Shown here: positions 8,766 to 18,274 of the stretch, one piece after another
Position numbering within the stretch: position 1 is the stretch's first letter
Layout of the letters: each line of letters starts with the position of its first letter
Virus record (IMG/VR): IMGVR_UViG_3300020449_000268
Span: 1 to 48,882 of that record
Reading direction: 5' to 3' (one strand)
Source: a virus
Taxonomy: Duplodnaviria > Caudoviricetes
DNA: 48,882 nucleotides
Notes under the pieces: generated by a model
Databases searched by the model: none
What the model was told of the DNA's origin: nothing
The model's input: the letters and a program-made list of their open reading frames with translations, nothing else
Made by a program: the position numbers and the translations under genes

Positions 8766-9328
8766 GCCATGCTCCAAAATGCTTTGTTATTTGTAAATAG
8801 TGTGCCTTCGTAGTATTTAATTTTTACTCTCTCAAACCAAAACTTTAAATCTACTACTAAAGTTATTCTATCGTTTTTATTTTTCAATGATTTAGCAGTT
8901 CCGTGCATGTAATTCGCACTATAAATTATAGGCGTATCATTTGTATGTTCTACCCTTTCTACTATTTGGTCAAATTGATCTATCATTAAGATAGGTGTTT
9001 TAGACCAATCGTTATCAGGTTCATCACATATAACAGGAAATTGTAATTTAGTAAAGTTCTCAAAGTCCCAATGATTAGGTATACCACCAGGGTGTACTCT
9101 ACTAAAATATATTCTTTTCTCATCTACATCAACATTAATATTGTTTATTAGATGTTTGTAAAATTCATGGTTACGATCAAACGTATTGTTCTCATCTATA
9201 GGCCAGTATTGTGGTAACTTATCTTGTCTATGTACCCACTTTGTTTGATCTATAGTATTATAAAAATCTACTATCATCTCTTTATCAAACTTTAGTGTCT
9301 TGGCTTCTACAGAATAAAAATCAGTCAT
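8762..9328 (-). CDS. 2OG-Fe(II)-type dioxygenase / cupin
   Basis: PGGIPNHWD...MHG...DRITL triad pattern. Confidence 0.65.
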   Translation of the reverse strand: MTDFYSVEAKTLKFDKEMIVDFYNTIDQTKWVHRQDKLPQYWPIDENNTFDRNHEFYKHLINNINVDVDEKRIYFSRVHPGGIPNHWDFENFTKLQFPVICDEPDNDWSKTPILMIDQFDQIVERVEHTNDTPIIYSANYMHGTAKSLKNKNDRITLVVDLKFWFERVKIKYYEGTLFTNNKAFWSMA

Positions 9329-9929
9329 TTGATACTCCTATGTTTTCTGTATTCTTACTTAACCATGTACCGTTCTTTGCTCTCTCGTACATTTCTGTAG
9401 GATGTGTGTGTATGTTTACAGAAAACACTACACGTTCCTCTTCATCATCTATAGGTGTAGGTACAGCATGTAAAACTCTGCTATCAAAAAATACAGGCGT
9501 ACCATTATCATGTATCTTACTTTTCTCAAAGTTAAATCTTTCTATTTCTGTATAGTTTTCTGTTGCAAATATTTGAGGCGTTAGATGAAACTTACCTTTT
9601 ACAGGAAACAATACAGCACCCCAACGTCTATGGTCATAATGTAAATTGATACCACCTGGTGGTAATTTAGAAAAGAAACACCAAGGTTTCTTTTTCTCAA
9701 CTCCTCTTTCACTACTACCTACAAAATCTAACGTGCTATTTTCTACAATATCTTTCCACATATTCTCGTATGGTATATTTCTACACTCATTAACAGTCCA
9801 CGTTACACCAGTTACACTTGTACCATCAACCCAATCACTAGGTTTTAAACTTTCAAGCACGTCAACTAACCATTGTTGATTGTAATAAATGTTATGACAT
9901 TTGACAAAGAAGTTACCTTGTTCAAACAT
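9321..9929 (-). CDS. 2OG-Fe(II)-type dioxygenase / cupin
   Basis: PGGINLHYD...LHAV...ERVVFS. Confidence 0.7.
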   Translation of the reverse strand: MFEQGNFFVKCHNIYYNQQWLVDVLESLKPSDWVDGTSVTGVTWTVNECRNIPYENMWKDIVENSTLDFVGSSERGVEKKKPWCFFSKLPPGGINLHYDHRRWGAVLFPVKGKFHLTPQIFATENYTEIERFNFEKSKIHDNGTPVFFDSRVLHAVPTPIDDEEERVVFSVNIHTHPTEMYERAKNGTWLSKNTENIGVSND

Positions 9930-10827
9930 GACTCATCTCCGTAAATATTCTGTACATAGGTGGTCTGTATAAATTACAATGGTCATAATCAACTTTGTTT
10001 ATTTTTAAACCTACATGTCCTGCAAGTGTATTTACAGCATGTTCAGTCCAGTTAAAGTACCATGTGTACTTCCAGTTTCTATCGTAGAAATAAAACGCAC
10101 TATTTTTTTGTGCGTGTTCTAAATCGCCATGTATCCAAGTGTGACCATGTGGGTGATCTGGTTGAAATACTTTATAGTAATTATGAACATGTGACCATAA
10201 TAGTAAACCACTAGGTGCTAAACATTTCTTTAACGTCATAAAGTTTCTATATTGTTCATCATACGTATACCAGTTTTGAGGACCAAAACATATAATTACA
10301 TCCCATTTTATATCATCAGCAGGTTTAAAATCTGCTTGACTACACAATATATCTGCTTCTTTTCTGTAAGGGTCAACACCTGTAACATTGTTTAAGTGTT
10401 TCTTATATTCGTTTACACCACAACCCATATCTAATATTGTTAGATTAGGTCTTTCTTTTTGCATTGCTTGTAATCTTTTAACAAGAGCGTCACCTCTTAT
10501 ATTCCATTTGTTCGTAATAGGTTTATCGTTTACATCTTTTATTTCACCTACGACACCTGTTGTACTTGTACCATTTTCTGCTACAAAGTAATTGTGTTGA
10601 TATTGTTTGTCTATTTCTTTTACGAAATCACCCATTGTTTTATCATGCCAATCCATAATACCACCAAGACGTATGGGATATTCTTTATCTCTTACTTTCA
10701 TTGAAAATTCTTTTTGACAAGTAAGAATAAAGTCCATTGTAAAAGGTAATTGATTGATAGGGCTATCTACTGATATGTTCCAGTAAAATAATTCTTCTAC
10801 TTTATTCCAGATTAATTTGTTTATCAT
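9922..10827 (-). CDS. Class I SAM-dependent methyltransferase with an N-terminal ACP-like domain
   Basis: ILDMGCG, VTGVDP and WDVIICFG motifs. Start re-called to MINKL. The first ~78 aa resemble an acyl-carrier helical bundle. Confidence 0.75.
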   Translation of the reverse strand: MINKLIWNKVEELFYWNISVDSPINQLPFTMDFILTCQKEFSMKVRDKEYPIRLGGIMDWHDKTMGDFVKEIDKQYQHNYFVAENGTSTTGVVGEIKDVNDKPITNKWNIRGDALVKRLQAMQKERPNLTILDMGCGVNEYKKHLNNVTGVDPYRKEADILCSQADFKPADDIKWDVIICFGPQNWYTYDEQYRNFMTLKKCLAPSGLLLWSHVHNYYKVFQPDHPHGHTWIHGDLEHAQKNSAFYFYDRNWKYTWYFNWTEHAVNTLAGHVGLKINKVDYDHCNLYRPPMYRIFTEMSHV

Positions 10828-12488
10828 ATTTTTCTCCAAGACTCACTAAATCTACCTCTAACGTGTATATCTCTGAGCCATTCCATCTTATCGTCAATAG
10901 GTCTGAAATCATTTTTGTTGCGATCAATAATCTCATCATATTCAGGATACATTTCTTTGAATACATCAAATATATTATTCTCGGTATAGAATAAGTGAGA
11001 ATAAGCTGTATCTGTATAATAATTTATATCTTTATTAAGTATCTTATATCCAATGTCTTTGTAGTCATTAAGTGCTTTAAAATAATGTTCTCTAACATCT
11101 AGTTTGTGTTTCATAAATGTTTTGTTCTTAAATAATTTAGAATATATGTCCATAAATAATTCACTTCTATTACCATTAATTTCATAATAACAATCAGCAT
11201 GATACTTTGCAAGACCATACCAGTACATTGGTATTAAGAAACTTCTACTATAAAAGAAACCTTCAAAGACTTGATCTCTTGTCATCTTATCTGTTGCAAC
11301 AGCGATCTCATCTATTACATCATTGTTATATGGCTTTGCTGTACCTTTTATATTCTGCCATATCATTTCAGGAAAACCTGTATTAAATTCTGTATTACTT
11401 AATCTACTTAAAGTATTAATCTGTATCATATCAAAAGGTGCAGGCATGTCAACTATTTCGTGTAGTCCATATTTAAATGTTTCTATTGTATCGCCTGGTA
11501 GAGGAAATATTAATTCTGTATAAGAAGAAACGCCTTTGTCTTTTAAATCTTTTATTATAGGTTTGAAACTCTTAATATCAAACGCATTTTTTCTTTTTAC
11601 ATTTTTTAACGTTTCAGGATTTGTAGATTGTAAACTAAAACCAAAAGTGTCATCTACACTTGCGTCTTGTAATTTTTTTGCAAGTTTCATTATCTTGTCA
11701 CCGTGTGTCTTTGCCCACGTAGGCATAAATCTACCATTAAAGTTACCTGCTTTCTTTTGTTCTACAACAAAATCTACAAGTTTCTCATCTCTAGGAAATA
11801 TACCAAAGTTACTATCTGCAACATCAATAGCACTTACGTTTCTATCACACATCCACTTTAATTCTTTTATACATTTTTCTGTTTCAAACATTTGTATCTT
11901 TGTATATTTTTTATGTCCTATATCACAGAAAGAGCAAGTGTAAGGACAACCTCTATTGCCTTCAAATATTGCTCTAACTTTTTGATTGTTGCCTTCTAGT
12001 AAACTATCAAAGAAACCATTAAGATAAGGACTAGGTATCATCTTTGGGTCAGCATATATTGCCTCAGCTGCATTATCAAAATCTTTTGTTACTACACCAG
12101 GTATATTGAAGTCATCATCTACCAGTATTCTTCTCATAGTTTCTTCACCATAATATGCTAAAACAGCGTCAACTTCAGGATGTTCTCTACACCATTCAGA
12201 TGTATATTTTGGTTCAGGCCCGCCTACAACTATTTTACATTTAGGATACTTTTTCTTTACTTCTTTTAATACGTCATATGTTTGTTTCCAGTTCCACATA
12301 TAACAACTTGCAGCTATGAAATCAGGATCAACAATATCAATCTCTTTATTCCACCACACACCTGCAAGTCTGTATTTGTCTTGCACTTCTTTAAATTGAT
12401 TACAATAGGACCATATTGTACCTACTGCTTGTGGCAGATAGGCTGCGTCTGTACCTAAAGGTATTTGTAGAAAATAGAAGTTACGCAT
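10824..12488 (-). CDS. Cobalamin-dependent (class B-type) radical SAM enzyme
   Basis: N-terminal B12-binding-type domain (PDF...SCYMWN...KIVVGGP) and NRGCPYTCSFC. Start re-called to MRNFYF. Confidence 0.85.
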   Translation of the reverse strand: MRNFYFLQIPLGTDAAYLPQAVGTIWSYCNQFKEVQDKYRLAGVWWNKEIDIVDPDFIAASCYMWNWKQTYDVLKEVKKKYPKCKIVVGGPEPKYTSEWCREHPEVDAVLAYYGEETMRRILVDDDFNIPGVVTKDFDNAAEAIYADPKMIPSPYLNGFFDSLLEGNNQKVRAIFEGNRGCPYTCSFCDIGHKKYTKIQMFETEKCIKELKWMCDRNVSAIDVADSNFGIFPRDEKLVDFVVEQKKAGNFNGRFMPTWAKTHGDKIMKLAKKLQDASVDDTFGFSLQSTNPETLKNVKRKNAFDIKSFKPIIKDLKDKGVSSYTELIFPLPGDTIETFKYGLHEIVDMPAPFDMIQINTLSRLSNTEFNTGFPEMIWQNIKGTAKPYNNDVIDEIAVATDKMTRDQVFEGFFYSRSFLIPMYWYGLAKYHADCYYEINGNRSELFMDIYSKLFKNKTFMKHKLDVREHYFKALNDYKDIGYKILNKDINYYTDTAYSHLFYTENNIFDVFKEMYPEYDEIIDRNKNDFRPIDDKMEWLRDIHVRGRFSESWRKI

Positions 12489-13014
12489 TTTTGAAATTCT
12501 TTGTGTCTGTCCATATAGTCTTCTTGTCAATCTTATCAAACAACTTATCAACCCACTCAAATAAATCCATCATCAATACCCAACGAGGTCCTGTATCAGT
12601 TAATTGTCTAGGCACAGCATGTAACATACGTGTGTTGAATATAACAGGACTATCAACTACAAATGACTCTACTGGATGATTGAATTGATCGTAGAAGTAT
12701 TGAGGTGTGTTTTCAAAATCACCTTTCAAAGGTATACCTAGATTGCCCCACTTGTTGTGGTCAATATGATTTACTAGCCCACCAGGTTTCACATTACTAA
12801 TAAAGAAAGATGGTCTTTTAAATTCTGCATTAAGACCTTCATATAATTCATTTAGTATAGGAAATTGTTTAGGACTTAAAGGTAGTTCTTCAACATTCCA
12901 AAGTAAACCATTTTGATCGTACCCTTGTCTCCATGTTGCTCTTTCAGCATATTCAATTATCTCATTGAAAACGTTAGTGTCGTATTGTAATTTAAATTTT
13001 TTATGATACCACAT
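12481..13014 (-). CDS. 2OG-Fe(II)-type dioxygenase / cupin
   Basis: PGGLVNHID...LHAV...PRWVL. Paralog of 9321..9929. Confidence 0.7.
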   Translation of the reverse strand: MWYHKKFKLQYDTNVFNEIIEYAERATWRQGYDQNGLLWNVEELPLSPKQFPILNELYEGLNAEFKRPSFFISNVKPGGLVNHIDHNKWGNLGIPLKGDFENTPQYFYDQFNHPVESFVVDSPVIFNTRMLHAVPRQLTDTGPRWVLMMDLFEWVDKLFDKIDKKTIWTDTKNFKNA

Positions 13015-13667
13015 TATGCAAACCTATATTGTTCTATTAGTGTTTTAAAACATTCCTCATCAAACTTCAAACAGAATACACACATAATTATATCTTCAGC
13101 AGTACTGAATACAGAATGTCTTTTGTTTGCGTTGAAATAATACAAGGTGCCATCTTCTACATCTCGTACCGTATCTTCATATATAAACTTTAAATCTTTT
13201 TTATTACAATTATTAATAAACGCAATCAATCTTATTTCTTCGTAACCAAATTCTATTTTGTTTATATCATAATGTTCAGGAAAATATCCACCTGTGTTTA
13301 GTTTTAGAAAGTGACATCTACCTAACCATGGTTTCCATGGTGCAATAAGTTTTTGTATTTCTTCAGATTGTTTGTATACCTCGGTGTATTCTTTTATATG
13401 ATGATTTGTAATACTTGTGCCATGTATCTTATTGTATTGTAGTAAACTATCTAAATCAGGCACGCCACTTAACTTGCCATCTAAACTTGTTATACTTAAA
13501 CCCCACCTGTTGTTTGGGTTTCTTAAATTGTAAGGTTTCCAATGATGTTTAAATCCTTCAATGTCTTCCATTATCTGTCTAGTGTTGATCTTTTGTTTCA
13601 TTTGTAACCAATCACCCATAAAAGAAAGTCTTTGAAGTGCCTTGTTTGTTCTATCTACACTACTCAT
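13014..13667 (-). CDS. Aspartyl/asparaginyl beta-hydroxylase-like 2OG-Fe(II) dioxygenase
   Basis: GGYFPEHYD...GTLYYFNANKRHSVF. Confidence 0.7.
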   Translation of the reverse strand: MSSVDRTNKALQRLSFMGDWLQMKQKINTRQIMEDIEGFKHHWKPYNLRNPNNRWGLSITSLDGKLSGVPDLDSLLQYNKIHGTSITNHHIKEYTEVYKQSEEIQKLIAPWKPWLGRCHFLKLNTGGYFPEHYDINKIEFGYEEIRLIAFINNCNKKDLKFIYEDTVRDVEDGTLYYFNANKRHSVFSTAEDIIMCVFCLKFDEECFKTLIEQYRFA

Positions 13668-14320
13668 ACAAATTTTATCCTTTTATTTTTTTCATTTTGT
13701 TCCCAGTTTACTAAAGTACCATCTAGTAATCTTTTCTCTATATCTTCATAACTATTATGTCGCCAAGCACAAGTTATAATAATTCTATTCTTTTCTGTTT
13801 TGTTTTCAACACCATGTATTTCAGGACCTTTAAATATCCAAGGTGCAAATTCATTTGTTATATCATTTTTTTCGTATGTCATTCTATACTTTTCTGTACT
13901 TCTATCAAAACTATCATAGAAGACTTGAGGACTTGTATCACTAAACTCACCTCTAATTGCAAAGTTTAAAGCAGTAGGTCTGTTTCTATCTTGGTGTGGT
14001 GGTGCACCACCTATTGCTGTTTGTGTGTACAATACGGTATCAAAAGATATTGCAGGCGTAAAAAGTTTTATCAACTCATAATGAAACTCACTAAAAGGAT
14101 AATTTTTACATTCCCGTCTAGCGTTAAATGCCTCTTGTACGGTCCATCTTATGTGACCACAATCAAACAGATACCAATTGTTCTCGCTTATATTCTCTAA
14201 ATGATTTAATAGATATTCTCTATCATACCAAAGAGATTTAAGTTCCCGACAATACGGTGCTGATCTTGTTTCTTCCAAGGACGTCAACCTTATCTCTGGC
14301 GTCATCATTAAACCTTTCAT
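13664..14320 (-). CDS. 2OG-Fe(II)-type dioxygenase / cupin
   Basis: PPHQD...ALNF...IHGVEN...NRIII. The start is uncertain because it overlaps the upstream gene. Confidence 0.7.
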   Translation of the reverse strand: MKGLMMTPEIRLTSLEETRSAPYCRELKSLWYDREYLLNHLENISENNWYLFDCGHIRWTVQEAFNARRECKNYPFSEFHYELIKLFTPAISFDTVLYTQTAIGGAPPHQDRNRPTALNFAIRGEFSDTSPQVFYDSFDRSTEKYRMTYEKNDITNEFAPWIFKGPEIHGVENKTEKNRIIITCAWRHNSYEDIEKRLLDGTLVNWEQNEKNKRIKFV

Positions 14321-14828
14321 AATTTGTTTGTATAATTTCTAAATACTTTATCATTGTATCAGCGTCTGATACTTGAAAACACGTCATAGGATTGTGTGTA
14401 AAGTCTTCATACTTACAATGTTTCATAATTAGATTGTCTATAATCATAGCGTATCTATGACTACAATTTCCTAATCCCTCTTTACTCATACTCTCTAACA
14501 TACCTATAGATGTAGCCCAATCACCATTAGGGTCAGGTAAGTTTTTTAAGTATGATAAATTTTCTGATTTGTGATATGCGTTTTGTACGTAACAATTATC
14601 AACACTTGTAAAATATACTTCATCAATACCTAGTTCTCTTATCTTGCTGTAATAGAAGTCGTATGCTTTTAAATGTGTGGCTGCATACTCAACAAGAAAT
14701 ACGCCAGGCAATCCTATTAGTAATATTTTTTTATCTTTAAATAATTCGTGTGTAGAATACCAGTTTGTGGCTGCACTATCTTTGTGCATAGTTTTTACGT
14801 CTGGTATTATATCGCCAACTCTTATCAT
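14238..14828 (-). CDS. Peroxiredoxin (Prx5/redoxin)-fold protein lacking the peroxidatic Cys
   Basis: MIRVGD.IP, ELFKDKK..LIGLPG, GIDEVY..SV and RYAMIID match Prx5. The PGAFTPTC motif reads PGVFLVEY. Confidence 0.75.
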   Translation of the reverse strand: MIRVGDIIPDVKTMHKDSAATNWYSTHELFKDKKILLIGLPGVFLVEYAATHLKAYDFYYSKIRELGIDEVYFTSVDNCYVQNAYHKSENLSYLKNLPDPNGDWATSIGMLESMSKEGLGNCSHRYAMIIDNLIMKHCKYEDFTHNPMTCFQVSDADTMIKYLEIIQTNYERFNDDARDKVDVLGRNKISTVLSGT

Positions 14829-16675
14829 AACATAATCTCCTTTGATTTCAAAAAACATCTCTTGGCTTTTCTTCCCCACCAGAATAAATGCTTTGAGTGG
14901 TCTACTATATCTTTATATTTATAAACGGCTACAGATACGATATTGTTAACAGCGACTAATGGTTTGTTATCATAGAACCAACTATACCAGTTTTTGTTAA
15001 ATTGTTTTTCTGTATCATCTCTTTCGTATGTGTCAATAATGTGCTTGTTAAACTGGCACGCTTCTGATACATCAACATTATATTCTTTCTTACATATGTC
15101 TATAATTTCTTTATGTACCTTGTCTATGTTTCTATATAAAAATGAAGCTGTTGCACCATTATCTTGTATATGAAAATCATCACCACCTTCTATAGTTCTT
15201 CCCCATGTCTTATCTTCAAACAAACTTTCTTTTAAACTATTTGTGTGATTTATATATTCTTCATTTAGTATACCATCGCCATCTCTACTATACTTAAATA
15301 GTTTTTTATAAAAATCAATAAATGATATATTATGTTCTCGGTTTAAATATGTGGCTGCAACTTGACTAACGCCATGATAGTGATGAGGTATCACAAGACC
15401 TTTAGCAAAAAAATACATGTCTATATAATCTTGTTTACTATAACTTTTACTTTCATATGCAACATAATCAATCTCACCATTACTATCTTTAGGATAAGTA
15501 TTACCACCTGCAGGTGCAGCTGTCTTTGTATATTTGTATCCGTATTTGTTTTTATATTCAGGTTCAGAAAAAGGAGTATTAGGCACAATACTCAAAGGGT
15601 GTACCGTCAACGCATGGTCACTTCCTAATTCTAGTATCTTACCTATTCCTTCTATCCATGTTTCTAATGTTTCTTCAGGTAGACCTACAATCAGTTCACA
15701 ATAATTATCAACGCCTGCCTTGTTATAGTCGCCTACAATTTGTTCTAATTTTTCATTTGCAAGATTAATTCTTTTGATTGCTTTTAGTGTTTTAGGATTC
15801 ATACTTTGTAAAGCAATTGTAACACCACGTCTTATCTTTGCTTCTTTGTTAAGTATTTCACCTAACTCTACAATACGTTTTGGTTGTTGTTTTGCTGTAC
15901 TATAATCTATCTGTCTAGGATAACCAGTTTCATTTCTACGTTTAGCGATGTGTCTTATAAAGTCAACATCTCTATTAAACATACCTACATTACTATCGCC
16001 AAAGTATAAGAAGTCAATTTTATTTTTTACAATCCAATCTATCTCACCTATTACTCTATCATAATCAAACATAGCAATCTTATTATAATATAAATCTTGT
16101 TGATCGCAGAAAGAACAACTATATGGACAACCTCTATTTGTTTCTATGATAGCACTATATTGTTTACCAGGTTTCATAAGACTATCCATCAACCCACTTA
16201 AATAAGGACTAGGTATATCGTTTAACTCTCTATCTGGTTTAGGTGGCGTATAAGATTCTTTTGTCATTACGCCTGGGTATGTATAGTTACCTTTTAGTAT
16301 TTCAGCAAATGCTCTTTCACCTGCATATGTAACTATAATATCGCATAGATCAGGATTGTCTTCTAACCAACTTTGTTTGAATGGCACTTGTGGTCCACCC
16401 ATTACTATTTTACAATTAGGATATTTCTTTTTGACTGCTCGTGCTAACTGACAAGTTATGTCCCAGTTCCACACGTATGTTGATAGTGCTAAAATGTCAG
16501 GATTGTCAATCTTCTTTAGATAGTCCTCTACGGATTCTCTCTCAAAGAAGATGTCGCCTAGTTCCCAATCTGTTACCTGTGTCTTACAATATTCCCAAAT
16601 ATATGCAACACTTAATGGTAAGAATATTGCGTCAGCAATTAGATTGTTTATTTGTGTAAAATATACCTTTTTCAA
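14825..16675 (-). CDS. Cobalamin-dependent (class B-type) radical SAM enzyme
   Basis: PDILALSTYVWN...KIVMGGPQ, TNRGCPYSCSFC and ELIVGLPEET. TTG start with an AAGGA RBS. Paralog of 10824..12488. Confidence 0.85.
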   Translation of the reverse strand: MKKVYFTQINNLIADAIFLPLSVAYIWEYCKTQVTDWELGDIFFERESVEDYLKKIDNPDILALSTYVWNWDITCQLARAVKKKYPNCKIVMGGPQVPFKQSWLEDNPDLCDIIVTYAGERAFAEILKGNYTYPGVMTKESYTPPKPDRELNDIPSPYLSGLMDSLMKPGKQYSAIIETNRGCPYSCSFCDQQDLYYNKIAMFDYDRVIGEIDWIVKNKIDFLYFGDSNVGMFNRDVDFIRHIAKRRNETGYPRQIDYSTAKQQPKRIVELGEILNKEAKIRRGVTIALQSMNPKTLKAIKRINLANEKLEQIVGDYNKAGVDNYCELIVGLPEETLETWIEGIGKILELGSDHALTVHPLSIVPNTPFSEPEYKNKYGYKYTKTAAPAGGNTYPKDSNGEIDYVAYESKSYSKQDYIDMYFFAKGLVIPHHYHGVSQVAATYLNREHNISFIDFYKKLFKYSRDGDGILNEEYINHTNSLKESLFEDKTWGRTIEGGDDFHIQDNGATASFLYRNIDKVHKEIIDICKKEYNVDVSEACQFNKHIIDTYERDDTEKQFNKNWYSWFYDNKPLVAVNNIVSVAVYKYKDIVDHSKHLFWWGRKAKRCFLKSKEIML

Positions 16676-16712
16676 GTTTCATTTCCTTAATCTCTCTACT
16701 CTACACTATTGT

Positions 16713-16728
16713 TATTTATACATAAATA
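16713..16728. promoter_or_regulatory. Divergent late promoter pair
   Basis: tatttat-ac-ataaata gives TATAAATA on - (16713-16720) and CATAAATA on + (16721-16728), between the two divergent operons. Confidence 0.7.
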
Positions 16729-16742
16729 TGTTATAATTAGTT

Positions 16743-17618
16743 ATGAAAAACGTAAATATAGTATGCACTAGTAAGCCTGGCGATGGCCTATTACATTATA
16801 GTTATGAACATTGTTGTTTTCTCAATGATCTAGGTATAAACACTAAACTCATAATCGTCAAAAACAAAAAACATACAGATCAGGATTACATTGACGCAAT
16901 AAATGAGTGTTATACTAAATTTGAGAATGTAATATTTGATGACTATATGCCAAAGTCAGATGATATAACTTTGATTATGGGTAGAAGTATGTTGACACTT
17001 GCATACCTAGATTATAATAGTTATACCGAAGAACAAAAACTAACATTACATAGTTTGTTTGGTGGTAAACTCATTTCTGTTTATTCAGAAAATCACGTCA
17101 AAGAATATCCTATTGCGTTAAATCATTTTAATTTTACACCAGAAAAAGTTGTTGATCTATGCGACCACGAAGTTTACGTAAATGGTGTAGGCAAACAATT
17201 TGAAAAGATAATAAATTTTAGTATATATAAACCAGTAGTTGATGATATAAAAGTTAAGCATTTGTTTTTAGGAACGAATAGAACATACTATAGAGAAGTT
17301 GAAAGACACATAAAAGATTATCCAGATCATGGTATTTTAGCATATAAAGACAAGTATATAAATGAAAAACGTAATCACTTATTTGTACCTGTTAAAAATT
17401 TACTAGGAATATTTGACACATATGTTTACACTAAACCTAATTTTGATCCTGCACCTAGAATAATACAAGAATGTAAATGGTTAGGTAAAAAATTTATATA
17501 CGCAAGAAGTAAAGATTTAAAAGATGGCGGTCCTGTTTATGTAGATAGACCTGCAAAATGTCTAACTGAACAAAAAGATAAAATAGAAAATTTACTAAAA
17601 TGGATAGAGAAACTATAA
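16743..17618 (+). CDS. Putative GT-B fold glycosyltransferase (divergent)
   Basis: N-terminal GDG loop. FDTYVY...DPAPRIIQEC..LGK resembles the GT4 E/D-x7-E motif. Confidence 0.45.
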   Translation: MKNVNIVCTSKPGDGLLHYSYEHCCFLNDLGINTKLIIVKNKKHTDQDYIDAINECYTKFENVIFDDYMPKSDDITLIMGRSMLTLAYLDYNSYTEEQKLTLHSLFGGKLISVYSENHVKEYPIALNHFNFTPEKVVDLCDHEVYVNGVGKQFEKIINFSIYKPVVDDIKVKHLFLGTNRTYYREVERHIKDYPDHGILAYKDKYINEKRNHLFVPVKNLLGIFDTYVYTKPNFDPAPRIIQECKWLGKKFIYARSKDLKDGGPVYVDRPAKCLTEQKDKIENLLKWIEKL

Positions 17619-18274
17619 GCGATACAAGTCCTATTTCTTTCTTTAGGCGTCCTAGAAATGGTATTAACGTTGATATTAGTTTTAGATGTCCTTTAGAATG
17701 TATGAGATGTCAAAGACAAACTAACTTTACATTTCATGGTAGAAAAGTATATGGTAAAGACGCAACAATGGACGAAGTGAAAAAACTAGCAGCTCACTTT
17801 ACACAATTAAATTTTTGTGGTCAGTTATCTGATCCTGTACATCATCCTAAATTCCCAGAGATATTAGAGTATTTGTATAAGAATGGTAATGAGGCTTCAA
17901 TACATAATGCGTCATCAGCTAAATCAGAAAAATTTTATATAAAATGTTTTGAGGCACATCCTGACGCAAAATGGATATTTGGTATAGATGGTATGCCAGA
18001 AGAAAGTAGTATGTATAGAGTTAACCAAGATGGTGAAAAACTATTTAAAATAATGTTAAAGTCAAAAGAGTATCTAACAAAATCACCATCATGGCAATAT
18101 ATCGTCTTTAGTTATAATGAACACAATATACAAAAGGCAAAAGACCTTGCAAAAAAACATGGTCTTATGATGATTATGTTACACTCGTCAAGGTGGATGG
18201 CTGAAAGTGATCCATTAAGACCTAAATCAACAGAATACAATTTACAATTTCAAGGTTATACTAGAGATGAGTAA
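17600..18274 (+). CDS. Radical SAM core-only protein
   Basis: CPLECMRC, FCGQLSDP, FGIDG and WQYIVF.YNEH. No C-terminal SPASM. Confidence 0.8.
   Translation: MDRETISDTSPISFFRRPRNGINVDISFRCPLECMRCQRQTNFTFHGRKVYGKDATMDEVKKLAAHFTQLNFCGQLSDPVHHPKFPEILEYLYKNGNEASIHNASSAKSEKFYIKCFEAHPDAKWIFGIDGMPEESSMYRVNQDGEKLFKIMLKSKEYLTKSPSWQYIVFSYNEHNIQKAKDLAKKHGLMMIMLHSSRWMAESDPLRPKSTEYNLQFQGYTRDE

Noticed and set aside
16632-16682. Short upstream ATG ORF (MKLEKGIFYTNKQSNC) overlapping the radical SAM start, as a leader peptide or frameshift
   Set aside because: The ATG is too close to the AAGGA RBS. The TTG at 16675 has normal spacing and aligns with the paralog's N-terminus.
5263-16736. Short plus-strand ORFs inside the minus-strand operon (5263, 9295, 9646, 10388, 11323, 11536, 12416, 13757, 13991, 15362, 16441, 16551)
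   Set aside because: They are antisense to well-supported genes and have no recognisable motifs.
16676-16742. Possible cobalamin riboswitch ahead of the B12 operon
   Set aside because: The region is only ~67 nt, AT-rich, and has no B12-box-like sequence.
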